A DNA stretch of 63,855 bases, filler included, from Pirum gemmata (lineage: Eukaryota): the NCBI GenBank assembly GCA_002812295.1. It is 15 parts of 15 records of this genome, joined end to end, with 100 filler letters (N's around TTAATTAATTAA, not from the genome) between each part and the next. Parts side by side here need not be neighbours in the genome. Positions count along the whole stretch, not along the records: positions 12,743 to 16,706 come from PDIN01001672.1; positions 16,807 to 20,773 come from PDIN01001673.1; positions 20,874 to 24,841 come from PDIN01001674.1; positions 24,942 to 28,930 come from PDIN01001675.1; 11 more parts are not named here. One strand, written 5' to 3'. Shown one piece after another: positions 12,643-25,990 of this stretch. Made by a program: the position numbers and the translations under genes. Under the pieces are notes generated by a model that saw only the letters and a program-made list of their open reading frames with translations, ran no database searches and was not told the DNA's origin. Every line of letters begins with the position of its first letter. The first letter of the stretch is position 1.

Positions 12643-15411
12643 NNNNNNNNNNNNNNNNNNNNNNNNNNNNNNNNNNNNNNNNNNNNTTAATTAATTAANN
12701 NNNNNNNNNNNNNNNNNNNNNNNNNNNNNNNNNNNNNNNNNNGGTTTTTGCCCCAAATTGGCGTTACGTAATTATTGAACGCTCCCTAGCTAGCTAGCGT
12801 GTAGCCTCGGTGTTACGGTGTAGGCCTGTAGAGTCGACCAGTTAGTCGACCCCTGCGAGTCTGCGACTAGCTAGCTCTCTAGCTAGTATTGATAGCTAGC
12901 TAGTAGCTACTGTAGCTAGTAGCTACTGTAGCTAGTATGATAGTCAAGAGACTATAGCTACAAGTAGCTATGATAGTTGTAGCTCTAGTTGCTCTACTAG
13001 CTAGAGCTGTAGCTACTGGCTAGCTAGGGAGATTTTGTCGGATAAAAATGGCGACAACAAAAAATAGAAGACTCAAGAGCACCCCCAAAGCTTCATTTAT
13101 TTATTTGCCTTTTTTTTTCAGTGAAACTAGTGTGAATTTGAAATGCTCTCTAATAGCTAGTAGTAGCTAGCTAGCTAATATATGATAATGCTGATGTTAA
13201 TTAAAAGGACTATCATACTCTATCATACTAGTCACTTTACTTCTAGGTTTTTTTGTAACTAGCTAGAGTCTATAATATATTATAATATTATAATATTATA
13301 CTCTATATATCATGTTTTTCAATAGTGTTGTTACCTAGCTAGTAGCCTTGATATGATGAGGTGTATTGTATTGCCTGATTTTATTGTAGACTAATTTGAA
13401 GTGTAGTATTTATAATAATCGATACAATTAATTTTAATGAAAGTGATATTATCAATATATATGATTCAATATTGTTTTACTGTGTTGTTTTATGATATTA
13501 TATTGATATCCTGATGGACTGTTTACTACTAGCTAGCTAGCTAGCTACTATAGATACTCTAGTGACTAGGAAACCTAACACAGTGATACCAGACCAGGAT
13601 TTAGCTACCATGGAGAAGAGCTTTCTTTCCGATATAGGGTTTATGGGCACCTACTTATTTTCAGCACTTATTTCCCTTATTTTATAAATAGTGTTACTCA
13701 ACTAATTTTTTTTTAGGCGAAAAATTGCTTATACGTTCGAAATTGCCAAACGTTAATTTGTTTTGACTATCGAGTATGTTCGAACTACTTTGGAGTGAAT
13801 GTTTCAAACATATGTTCGAATCCGATATTTTGCTTCAGCAAAAAAAAAAAAATGGTTTATAATCTAAACTGTATTTATTTGAAAAAAATAAACTGGCTCA
13901 AAAAAAAGCAATGCAATGTACTGTGTACATACAGTGCATTTGTATAACTATTGTATATATCAATTTTGATAAATAATTTTTAAGCTTGTATATAGCCAAT
14001 ATACAACTAGAATATACAATAAAAAATTTATAATCAAAAAGACTTTATCAAAAACAAGGAGTGGTAATGTCAATTTCACTAGGTCAATTTCAGAAGGAGT
14101 CTGAAAGAGTATAAAGAAAGAAAGAAAATGTAGTACTCTACCATTTATATATTTATGATATGTATTTATAATATTATGATATATCATTTGATACATATGA
14201 TATATACCACGATACATATATTATGAGAACTAGTTAGTGGTAGTTTTCATATGATATATATGTATGATATTTTTTTTTTTGATTCACAGGTGGAAACCCC
14301 CGACTGGTTGATTGTTATTGGAACAACGATTTTAATTAAAGACTCTATGTTGTGCTTTCAAATAGACAGACGGTCTTCGTCTTGGTCAGGTTGTTTTAAC
14401 CAAATAACCAGTATTAACCACTGCGCCACTTCGCAGCCCTGCTATCGATAGAGAGGTCTATCTTCGAGTTGATTCAAGGACTTCAAAGGTTCTTTTTTTG
14501 AAGTCCCAAAACACCTCGTGCAAAAAAGTGTGTGATAGAAAAAAACTCCATAGTGAAAAACAAAACAGTGTGCTAATCGGCTATGAACTCCCAACTTTTT
14601 TTTTTTTTTTTTTATTTTTTTTGATTTTTTTTGATTGAACAGATCGACCGTAGAGTCTGAGCCGGGCACAGTCTACTGTCTATCGCGAGCGGTCTATCGA
14701 TGGATATGTGCAAATGTGGCCCCATTATGTCACATTTATGTGGGTGGCTTATCGAATATCGATACCTCTAGCTAGCTACCTACTACTAGCCAGCTAGAGA
14801 GCGGCTTACTTGTGCAGCTTTGACTGACGGATCTAGCTAGTATCTGATAGCTACTCTAGCTAGCTAGCTAGTAGAGACTACTAGCTGCTCTAGTAGCTAA
14901 GACTAATGGATCATGTTTACAAATAATTACAATATTATGATTAGCTAGGTTATTACATGAATACAAGGAGTTCAAAAAGAGTAATATAATATATTATAAT
15001 ATCATTATTAAAAACTTATGATATAAAAAATAAAGATTTGGACTCCCCTGGTCCCGGTAGTCTTTCATAGTAGTAGACTAGCTAGCTAGTAGTGTACACC
15101 ATCACACTTATTTGTTTCATAACACTTTGGTATATCGTATAAGTTGATTGTCATTCGGTTGTTGTACTTTTCATAATAATATCATACCATAATGTATGAT
15201 AGTAGTGCTTAATTAAACTAGCTAGCTACAGTAGTTATTAATATACTTCTATTCATTCAGACTTCTAAAGACTTTTTTATTTTTATTTTTATTTCATGTA
15301 TATCAATATTTTTGTTTTATAATAAATGTATATTTTAATATGTTATATGAGAGACGTATACACGTACACGTTATACTTACGTTATGTCAAGGACTTCAAA
15401 AAAAGAAACGA

Positions 15412-15451
<40 letters not shown>

Positions 15452-15779
15452 CTTAAAAAAATTCCTATCTTGATTCCTATCAATTTCCTTTCTATAGGAC
15501 TTCTATAGGCCTAGCTAGCTAGCTAGACTAGCTAGCTAGAGTAGTATTTCATCTATGTAAGGGTATTTGAAGCTGTATTTGACTGGAAGTTGGCGTAACG
15601 TATTATTTGAACGCTCCCTATTTAAACTAGCTAGCCAATTTTTCTTCCTGTTTTGTAGACAGTCGAAACGTCCAACTCGAAAGTATTATTCAGTACAAAC
15701 AGCTGAATTATGCCTCTAACACTCCTCTAACAGGTCTATAGTCGAGCGATTCTCTACTATCCATATTCTGCTATATTCT

Positions 15780-16615
15780 GGAACCATCAAAATAACAACA
15801 AAGTTAACAATAAGTTTAATTAAAACTACGAATTTTACGATATAAAACAAAATATTCCAATAATACAACAACAATATAAAGATATGTGTAAAAAAGAAAC
15901 AACAAAAACATTTTTAAATAGAAATACGCTCAAAGTCCAAACCACTAGTAGCATATACGCACACCTCCAAATAGTTGGAATCTACAAATGATCATGACAA
16001 ATAGTAGTATTTATAAAAGCATAGAAGAAACCGTCAAAACAAAAAGCTTTAATTAGTGATTTTGTAATGTAGAACAAAATGAATGGGAAGAGATAATCAA
16101 AATTTGAATTTCAAAGAATCAATACAAAAAAGATACCAAAAATTCTAAAAAGTTACATATGCATACGGGTACACTACGGGTACTAACCCAAAGAAAACTG
16201 ACAAGACAGTGGACGTCGAAACCCCAACCTTTTCAATGTCAAATTATCAATACTGTTCCAAAGAATTTCCACCAGAAGTCAAACTAAAAATCTTTTAAAA
16301 CATAGACAAACCTAGACTAGAGTGGTATCTATATCGAAAAAATAGTATATATATATATATAGAGGTCTATATATATATAAATAAATCCGAATATACGACA
16401 ACTCCAACAATATCCACATCAACGACTTCAACACTATAATACTAGGAACAAAGGTTAAACCCCATTTTTTCTACAACAAAAGAACAATACAATTGCTTAC
16501 CATAGACTATGTGTTATGGTATTGTTATGAAAAGTACAGCAAGCTAAAACCAAATGACAATCAAATCATTAACTTGACTTATATCAAAGTATTATGAAAC
16601 AAATACAACTTTAAT
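15780..16615 (+). mobile_element. Decayed 3' portion of a probable non-LTR retroelement (ORF end plus 3' UTR)
   Basis: Homologous to 56788-57310. Its tail (TATGAAAAGTACA...TGACAATCAAATCATTAACTT) recurs as short copies near 15110, 30670, 33849 and 56008, a 5'-truncation-like pattern. Confidence 0.55.
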
Positions 16616-18457
16616 TTAATTAATTAATTAACGCTATTTACTGAAACTATTTACTATATACTAACTTTTTTTATTATGTCTTTTTTTTTTTTTTTTTTTT
16701 TTTTTTNNNNNNNNNNNNNNNNNNNNNNNNNNNNNNNNNNNNNNNNNNNNTTAATTAATTAANNNNNNNNNNNNNNNNNNNNNNNNNNNNNNNNNNNNNN
16801 NNNNNNCTAGAAATTTTATGGGCGGGCGGGCATGGGCGGGAAAGTGCAATGGGCGGGAAAGTGCAATGGGCTGACGGGTTGGACAACACTAGTCTGCATA
16901 GCTACTACTATACTAGCTAGCTGGCTGGCTAGCTAGCTAGCTGGTCTATCTTGCCTGGTCTACTAGAGGAGCTAGATTAGCTAGCTAGCTAGTCTAGCTA
17001 GTGACACCGCTGCGATAATCATAACCCACTTTCGTTATCATACCTACTATCAGATACTAGCTAGCTAGCTATCATAGACTAACTCTAAGTATCATACCTA
17101 AGTACTAGCTAGCTAGCTAGTAGCTATTAGCTAGAGTATGATAAGTGTATGATAGCAGAATTGGACTGTACTGCCAGCAGTAGTTCAGCAGTGTACATGG
17201 AGAGATGATGGAGGTACTACGTATAGCTACTATCAGCTAGCTAGCTAGCTATCATAGCTAGTAGTAGAGATGGGTACATGGCTCTAAGTACATGGCTATG
17301 AATAGTAGGGGTGAATCTACTGGAACTTTTTTCGAACAGATGCTTATCGAGCCAACCTTAGTTCCGTGTTCCTTGCTAATAATAGCAGTTAAATAACCAA
17401 AAATAGTAAATCTAATTATAGTAGTTACCAATTAAAGTAATAATATTACCATTAATAGTAATAAAACCATAAATCGGAAAAGTTCCGGCAGCTGTTCGGT
17501 AATAATAAAATGACGTCATCTCACCCCTACTCTATGAATCCCCTAGTCTAGCTAGCTAGAGCTACATTTGGGCACGTCGATACATTCTATTTTAGTGAAA
17601 AATAAGAAAAAGAATTTTTGGGAATTTTTAGGCTCATTACGATCGATACGACCAAACATATATCGTATCATATTATCATATCTATATAGACTCAGTTAGA
17701 CTCATATCTTTCTTTTATAAGTCATAGTCTATCTTTTTTATAGTAACTATGATAATTAGCTAGTCCTAACTAGTCTTAGCTCTAGCTAGCTAGCTCTAGC
17801 TATTGATAGCTACTAGAGTGGCTATGATAGCTAGACTAGCTATGATATGAATAGCTAGCTATGTCATAGCTACAGTTTGCAGACACCTAGCTAGCTAGCT
17901 AGCTAGCTAGCTTAGAGTAGACTCTTACTACAAGACCAGGGCAGCTATAAACACCAAAGTTGTTTCGAATCGACTTGTTATTATCTCATCTTTTACATGG
18001 GCAGAGGTGTATGTATCATACTAAGTCTCATAGAGCCCTTCGAACAATTAATGATTGACATGTATTATTATGATAATGCATAGACCCTAGTAGACTAGTT
18101 TTTATGATAGTTTTTTTTTTTTTGTGGACCACCAGCACAAAAAAGGTGGCTGATCCAGTCTATGGGCATGTCTAATAACTGTCTATGATCACTCTATGAT
18201 TGCTGTTTTTTTGGTTTTTTTTTTATGTATTTTCATTACAACATAAAAGTTAATTAAATATTGAATAAACAACTTCAAAGCATAATAATAATAATAATAA
18301 ATGCAACAATTGAATAGTATAATTATAAACAAAATATCGTTACACAATTTTATTTTTTATTTTTATTTTTTATTTTTATTTTTATTTTTTATCATATCAT
18401 TATTTTGTTTTTTTTTTAATTAATTAACAACATTTTTTATTTTTATAAACATCAAAA

Positions 18458-18505
<48 letters not shown>

Positions 18506-18510
18506 TCAAC

Positions 18511-19735
18511 ATGATCATGAGTAATGTTACCGTACCTAAAAAATTAAGAGTTGGTAATACAGTGTGGGTGTCATGGATAAGTGTTAATCAATGGCATGCT
18601 GAACGTTGTTTTGGTAAAGATGCTAAAAACCAATAATGTCAAGGTATTATTGAGCAATCATTTTTTAAACAAAAGGACCCCCCAGCAAAGAAACAATGGT
18701 ATGATAAAGTTAGGTTTCCGTCTTATGACAACGAAGTTAAACAAAAGGACCCCCCAGCAAAGAAACAATGGTATGCTAAAGTTAGGTTTCCGTCTTATGA
18801 CAACGAAGTTAAAGAGTTCCATACCAAAATGATCAAAGAAACCAATCCATCATTAACAACAACAACAACATCATTGTCAGTATCAACTACATTAACATCA
18901 GCAACAGCATCATCATCACTATCAACATTAACAACATCAGCAACAATACCACCCCCATCATCATCATTAGCGTCAGTATTACCAACACCAACACCAACAC
19001 CAACACCAACACCAACACCAACACCAACATCAACATCAACATCAACATCAACATCAACATCATCATCAAATACGAATGTACATCGGCAAGAAGGTGAAAT
19101 CACAGAAGATGCTAAACAAGCTTTTAAGGTAGACCACCATATCCAGATTGGGCAGTTAATGGTTGTGGAATAAACTTTTTAAGCATGGCATGAATCAGGA
19201 ATTTGATAAAATTTCTTACTTTTACACTATGTTTCCTATGTCTTATTTACCAACAATTGTTGATTTGACCAATAAGAATTTCACAGCCCCAATTAAAGTC
19301 AATATTTTAAATACAATGACTAAGTTGATCGCCATAACAGAAGACGCCAAGAGAGTGATTAGTTCTTTACTTGCAATTGGTATGTTGTTTGTTGATAGCT
19401 TCTTACTTTACAGTAAAACGGCACCTAAAAGAAGTTTATGAAAGGCTTAGCAAAGGCATTGATATACAATAACTATGATGAGGTCCACACAAGAAGTTCA
19501 CGCAATGTATTTGAAACTGAGCAAAGAAGTACTAGTGAAGCTGTTGGTAGTCAGACAAAAGAAAGAAAGAGATGCTTCAACAAGAAGTACAATTGAAACA
19601 ATAAGATTGTGTATTGTGTGTAGGTCAAAGAAAAGTACTATTTTTAGCTTATGTAATAAGCATATATGTAGTGCAAAGCAAAATGAACAATGTTCTAGAG
19701 CACATATCCAAGATAATACTATACAAATAATATAA
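18511..19735 (+). pseudogene. Decayed, internally deleted piggyBac-like DDD transposase
   Basis: Frame from ATG 18511 has a stop at 18634-18636 and continues in frame into the 18829 ORF; frameshifts follow. Motifs: YFYTMFPMSYLPTIVDLTN (start of the piggyBac core, F..FFP..L..IV..TN), KRVISSLLAIGMLFVDSFLLY (end of the core) and RLCIVCRSKKSTIFSLCNKHIC..C..H (C-terminal Cys-rich domain). The catalytic middle is absent. TIRs and TTAA target duplication not identified. Confidence 0.7.
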
Positions 19736-20452
19736 TAATAACAAAAATATAATAAATAATATAACAAACTTATATTAATAACAATAACAATATTAATATT
19801 ATTAATTAACTATATTATCCATGTTAACAATGTAAACAATTTGTGTACATTAAAACAAAATTAATTAACAATGTTAACACTGTCAGCAACATTAATAACA
19901 GCAATAATAAAGATAGAAACAATGTACCTTCTATTTTTTTGCAAAGTGGTAATAACAGCCTTTAATAATATAGCAAAAAAAGCTGCTGAGCTCGAAAAAT
20001 ATACTCATTTTTTAGTGAGCATCAATATTAAATTTTCTTATCAAAAACCATTGCAAAAACATAACAAAACCAACTATTATAAAAACAGTGTTTAAAACAC
20101 ACAAAAAAAAAAGAGCTCAAACCAAAAAAAAAAGAAAAAAATAGTCTAACTTCATAATAATATTATGATCGATAGCTATATTTTTGGTGGGGGGGGGGGG
20201 GGGCGTCGTCCAAATCTTGGGTCGACGGGCTTTTCTCTGGCTACTAGTAGCTCTACTATCGATAGCTACTAGCTGGCTAGCTACCACTAGTACCACTATT
20301 ACTAGCTAGCAAGAGTAGGCTATGGCATCTTTAGTATCAATAGAATACGCAGTGGTATTATCATAATATGTATGCATAGAAACAGGCCTATCTATAGAAA
20401 CACTTTCATGTGATGTTTACTTTTTTTTTTTTTTTTTTTCAACACGCTAGGT

Positions 20453-20672
20453 CTATCGAAGATACTTCAAAAACGATTACTAAAACATCTTTTAAATGAT
20501 AACAAAATAATTAGCGACAATCATTCTGGATTTCTAGCAAAAAGAAAAACACGGTATGTGTTATTTAGAATTATATAAGAAGGGCAATATACTATCAACT
20601 ATCAACCAGAAGTCAAAAATCAAACAGCAACAACGATTTTTCAATTTTGACAAAATATGGCATAAAGAGTTT
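20453..20672 (+). mobile_element. Non-LTR retrotransposon (LINE) reverse transcriptase fragment
   Basis: Translates as LSKILQKRLLKHLLNDNKIISDNHSGFLAKRKT, then after a stop and frameshift FDKIWHKE. These match the LINE RT motifs (Q)xGF..RST and AFDKVWH. Confidence 0.7.
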
Positions 20673-20920
20673 GAAGAGCTGTTTGAAGACTACTGTCTGA
20701 CTACATGAAGGACTTTTATTTTTATGTTATAGACTAGTCTATATCATTTTATTTTTATTTTTATTTTTTTTTTNNNNNNNNNNNNNNNNNNNNNNNNNNN
20801 NNNNNNNNNNNNNNNNNTTAATTAATTAANNNNNNNNNNNNNNNNNNNNNNNNNNNNNNNNNNNNNNNNNNNNTAATAATAATAATAATAATAATAATAA
20901 ATTGTTAATAAAAGTTATAC

Positions 20921-22387
20921 CAACTTTCCCAAATTCATTTACAAAAATGGCAGCTTTAAGGGATTTTTCATTTCGCAAAATATGATTTAAGAGGGTTGTT
21001 TTTCCACTACCTAGCCATCCTGTTATCACTGATAAAAAAAGGGGGGGTTAAATGATTAGAATTCAATGGCACTCATAATAAAACTAGTAAACCTAATAAT
21101 AAGTAAAATAAGGATTATGATGCAGTTCACTATTAAGAAAAGTTATCTGATTACAATCCAATGGTAAACATAATAAAACTAATAAAACTAGTCTTATAAT
21201 AGGGAAAATAAGAATTATGATGAAAACCACTAAAAAACGAGAAGTTATCTGATTACAACCTATGAAAATCACCAAAAAGAAAAGTTATCTAATTATAATC
21301 CAATAGTAAACATAATAAAACTAATAAACTAATAATAAGTAAATTGTGCATGAAGATGCAAATCAAAAAATAAAAAGGTTATCTACTTACAATCCTTTGG
21401 CAATCATAACAAATAAAACTGATAGATAAAACAAAAATCATAATGCGAATTACTAAAAAGAAAGTTTATTGGGTTACAGTCCAATGGTAATCATAATAAA
21501 GCTAATAAAACTAATAATAGCCAAAATAAGAAAAAGGATGCAAAAAATCACTAAAATGAAAGATTATTTGATTAAGATCCAAAGGCAATCATAATAAATA
21601 AAACTAATAAAACTAACAATAAGTAAAATAAGAATCTAATTACAATCCAATGGCAATCATGATAAAACTAATAAAACTAATAATAGGTAAAATAAGAATT
21701 ATGATAAAAAACACTAAAAAGAAAAGTTATAATGATTACAATCCAAAGGTAATCATAATAAATAAAACTAACAAGAATTATGATGCAAATCACTAAAAGA
21801 AAGGTTATCTGATTTCAATCCAAAAACAAAAAAACAAAGAAAGGTTATCTGATTACAATAAAAATAATAAACCGAACAATAGGTAAATAAGAACCTGTTT
21901 ACAATCCAATGGCAATCATAATAAAACCAATAAAACTAATAAAACCAATAATAGGTAAAATAAGAATTATGATAAAAAACATTAAAAGGAAAGGATATAT
22001 AATTATAATCCAAGGGTAATCATAATAAATAAAACTAACAAGAATTATGATACCAATCGCGAAAAAGAAAAGTAATCTTATCTGATGATCAAAACATATA
22101 AAACTGATAACAATAGGTAACAATAGGTAAAATAAGACTTATGATGTAAAACACTAAAAAGAATCTGATAACGATCCAATGGCTATCATAATAAAACCAG
22201 AAAAAACTACTACAACTACTACTACTACTACTAATTTAAATAAAAATTATGATGCAAAACAATAAACATAAAATGAAAACAGCAAATAAAAAGAATTGAA
22301 ATAGAAAATACATGTTATTGGAATTCCGGGCCTAGAAGAGCCATACAAATCTAACGTTTGTTGTTTATTTTCCAAGTCTTGTGTCAT
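20921..22387 (-). CDS. CobW/COG0523 (ZNG1/CBWD-like) GTPase metallochaperone, exons 1-2; remainder cut by scaffold end
   Basis: Exon 1 22387-22312 (MTQDLENKQQTLDLYGSSRPGIPIT) splices GT-AG in phase 1 to exon 2 21028-20921. The product reads IPITLITGWLGSGKTTLLNHIL...AAIFVNEFGKVG, the Walker A and VNEFG signature of COG0523. Confidence 0.88.
21100..22200. repeat. Degenerate minisatellite filling intron 1 of the CobW-like gene
   Basis: More than 10 diverged copies of GTTATCTGATTACAATCCAATGGCAATCATAATAAAACTAATAAAACTAATAATAGGTAAAATAAGAATTATGAT with variable period. Confidence 0.85.
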
Positions 22388-24330
22388 GATTTGTTGTTAA
22401 CCATACGAGACATCGTTCAAGTAAACTTTTCTCTTTTCTCTAATGCAATTGTGTATTTATATATATATATATATATATAATATATATTGNNNNNNNNNNN
22501 NNNNNNNNNNNNNNNNNNNNNNNNNNNNNNNNNNNNNNNNNNNNNNNNNNNNNNAAAAAAAATTGAGAGGAATCTCCAGTCAGACTATCATGTAATTCAT
22601 ATCATAACTAATTCATACTACTAGCTAACCAGCTCTAGCTAGCTCTTTTCTGGGATCTTTTGAAGAACTCGATTTCATCAACAAAAAGATGAATGTGTAT
22701 GTAAATATACATCATTATGATTAGCTAATTATGATGTATTGGTTAAAATAAATACCACCATCACCACCATGATCATCATCATCATAATGAAGTATGTTTA
22801 TATTATGGCTGCTGAAGGAGTTTGTGGGCTTGTGGGCATGTAAACCCCCAACGTTGGGTCTTAGCCAAAGTAGTAGATTGAATTCTGTACAATGTCATGT
22901 TTTTTTTGAAAAAGGTTCTTCCAGTATTGATAACATTATATAGAGTAGGGGCATACGTAGGGTTAGGGTTAGGGTTAGAGCATGTGGTAGGTCTCAGGCT
23001 AGTTTAGCTAGGGTTAGGGTTTGGGTTAGGGTCAGAGATAGGGTTGGGATTAAGGTTAGAGTTAAGGTTAGGGTTAGGGCGAGGGTTAGGGTTAGAGTTA
23101 GGGTTAGGGTTAAGGTTAGGGTGGAAATTAGAGTTAGGGTTAGGGTTAGGGTTCGGGTTAGGGTTAGGGTTAGGGTTAGGGTTAGGGTTAGGGTTAGGGT
23201 TAGATATATACACGATACCAGCTAGGAAGATGATATCAAGTGCACCTCAAGTGCACGGTAACAAAAAGAAAAGAAAAAAATTCGACAGATAAAAATTTAA
23301 TAAATAAAAATAATTCAGGTTTTGCTTTTTTTTTTAAAAAAAAAAAGGATGAGACATGAGGTAATCGTTTTGATTTTATACAGATATTATTTAGTAAGTA
23401 CATTTAACAGAGGTGATCACTAATATTATTTTAATATCACATTACTTATTCTCTGCCAATAACTATTAGACTAATAAATAATAGTGGTTATATAAAACCA
23501 TTGACACACACATTTAACTAATTTAATTAAATAAGAGACGTGACAATAACCATAAAACAACAGCAAAATGATTAAAGCACTGAAAATACTCTTATAAATT
23601 TGATTTAGTATTAGCTTTAATACTAAGGCTAATACTAACTGATACTTATAATAATCATATCTAAAACAACCAAATAGTTGTCAGAGAATACACAAATAAC
23701 TCGCAAACACCAACACTAATATATACAAATACTACCTAAAACCAACCAAATAATCGTCAGAGAATACACAAACAACTCACAAACACAGGACGAAACTAAT
23801 GAAACACGGGTTTAGGCTATAGGAGAAAACCAGATCATTTTCTAAAATATATTCTTTTAGTTATTCTCTATTGATCGTAGCTGAAGTTCAAAGTAAAAAA
23901 ATACAAACTGTTTTGAATTTCATGTTCAATGCAAAAAAAAAAAAATAAAAAAAAAACAAACAAAAAAAAAAAGAAAACCAAAAAAAAACACCTCCTTTGA
24001 AAAAGATAAGGGCATAGCTCAACAATCTCCTTGCAAACATGCTTAAATATTTCTAAATAATTAAATGCTTTTTGAAAAATAGATATTTTCTCTCAGTACT
24101 TTACTAGGTGAAAAGTATAGCCTCAAATAGTAATTAAACTATAGCTTGGTGCGTTGGTGGGTCAAGACAGACAGAGGTAGCCAATGGTGATAAATATCAT
24201 CTATCCTCAAAGCTAAACCCCAATAACCGGTGTACAATTGTAATACTGCTATGCAAAAGGTTTTGATTTTAAGTTGTAAACTATCCGTTTTAGTTGGTTT
24301 TCACCAAAAACTATAATTTTTCAAAAGTAC

Positions 24331-24420
24331 TTAGTCTTCGTGCATAGAAGCTTGCGCTCGGCGAACGCGTTCCCTTCGTTTTCTGCCGTCCTCTGTATTT
24401 TTGTCCTTTATTCTTTCATA
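24331..24420 (-). CDS. Probable terminal exon of an unidentified gene (YERIKDKNTEDGRKRRERVRRAQASMHED*)
   Basis: AG acceptor at 24422-24421 after a TTTG-rich intron, then a 90-nt GC-richer frame ending in TAA. Further candidate exons near 24580-24680 and 24746-24790 could not be phased confidently. Confidence 0.45.
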   Translation of the reverse strand, partial: YERIKDKNTEDGRKRRERVRRAQASMHED

Positions 24421-25409
24421 CTATCAACCCAATTAAGCAAAAGCAAACAAAACAACAAATCAAACAAATCAACACAAAAACCAACCAGTACAACACACCA
24501 ACCAGTACAACAAACCAAACCAAACCAAACCAAATATAAATACAAAATGAATAAAACATGAAAAAAAACAATTAGTAGACTCCAACGTGGAACACATTGT
24601 CACAATGCGTCGTGATATAAAATTTGAATGAAAAAAGATATCAACGTAAAAATGATTTGCAGCCATTGGAAAAGATAACTATAGTATAACAGCTAATACT
24701 TAAATAACCGAACCAACCAAAAACCAAAAACCAAAAAACACTGACCAGTGTCTACAATAAAGTCATTCTTATTTGTACTTGAGTTCAAACTTTAACCACA
24801 ATCATATTCCATATTCATAATAGCAATAATAGCAATAATAANNNNNNNNNNNNNNNNNNNNNNNNNNNNNNNNNNNNNNNNNNNNTTAATTAATTAANNN
24901 NNNNNNNNNNNNNNNNNNNNNNNNNNNNNNNNNNNNNNNNNTTTTATTTTTCTTATTATTATCATATAATTATTATTATTATCAATATCACTATCAATAA
25001 TAATAATAATAATTAATTGTTATTAAAATAATATTATATTATATTATAATAATATTTTTATTATTCCATTTTATTCATAGATTCGGTATTATAGAAGCTG
25101 CTAGATTATTATTTATGCTTCTAAAAACGTAATAATAATAATAATAATAATAATTAATTGATGTTGTTATTGTGGTATATCATATTATAATAATATTTTT
25201 ATTATTCCATTTTATTCATAGATTCGGTAGAAGCTGCTAGGTTATTATTAATATTTATGCTTCTAAACCATCAGCTTTCTCTTATAAATAGATTGCTTGA
25301 AATCGTTCCCAGATAGCTTGTAGAAGTCTTCAGATTTTTTTTTTGCGATTTTTTTCCACAGTACAGAACCCAAAATACACACTTTCCCCAAGGGCCGAAG
25401 CTCAACTCG

Positions 25410-25612
25410 GACAGGCCAGAAGTCAGTGAAGTCAGTTTACTCACAGGCCAGAACTCAGTAGGAAGTTAGTTTGCCCAGAGGCCAGAACTCAGTAGGAAGT
25501 CAGTTTGCCCGGAGGCCAGAACAAAATGCCCATGGGCCAGAACTCAAAAAAAAAAATTTACTCACAGGCCAGAACTCAGAAAAAAAAATTTACTCACAGG
25601 CCACAACTCAGA
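25410..25612 (+). repeat. ~30-bp minisatellite (CAGGCCAGAACTCAG core, 7 copies) at the end of a dispersed repeat (24942-25470, similar to 29040-29450)
   Basis: Visible by direct inspection; resembles DNA-transposon subterminal repeats. Confidence 0.8.
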
Positions 25613-25990
25613 AAAAAAAAATTCCTCACAAACACAAATTGCCAGATTTTTTCTTTACATTATGCGGTTTAAAAAAAAAATGTCCTTTTATGGTACCACC
25701 CGACACGAATTTGAAAAAACAAAAAAAAACTGTACTATGTAAAGTGTATATTTGATATTTATGATATGGTATTCATTTTTACTTATAAAAATTAAAAAAT
25801 AACCCTAACCTTAACCCAAACCCTAACCCTAACCCTAACCCTAACCCTAGAAACGAACGTTATTATATTTATTAAAGTTAAATTTCTTAATATATTATTA
25901 ATTACATTAGTGGTTAAATTATTTAGTAATTGCACTTTATGTTGGTTGCTAACAGTATAATATGGTACAATATACAGTATTGTATTCTTT

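Noticed and set aside
23004..23292. (NP)n and (LG)n ORFs
   Set aside because: Translations of a degenerate TTAGGG array.
25410..25612. CRISPR-like array of CAGGCCAGAACTCAG repeats
   Set aside because: Spacers are only about 15 nt and similar to each other, the context is eukaryotic and there are no cas genes; it is a minisatellite.
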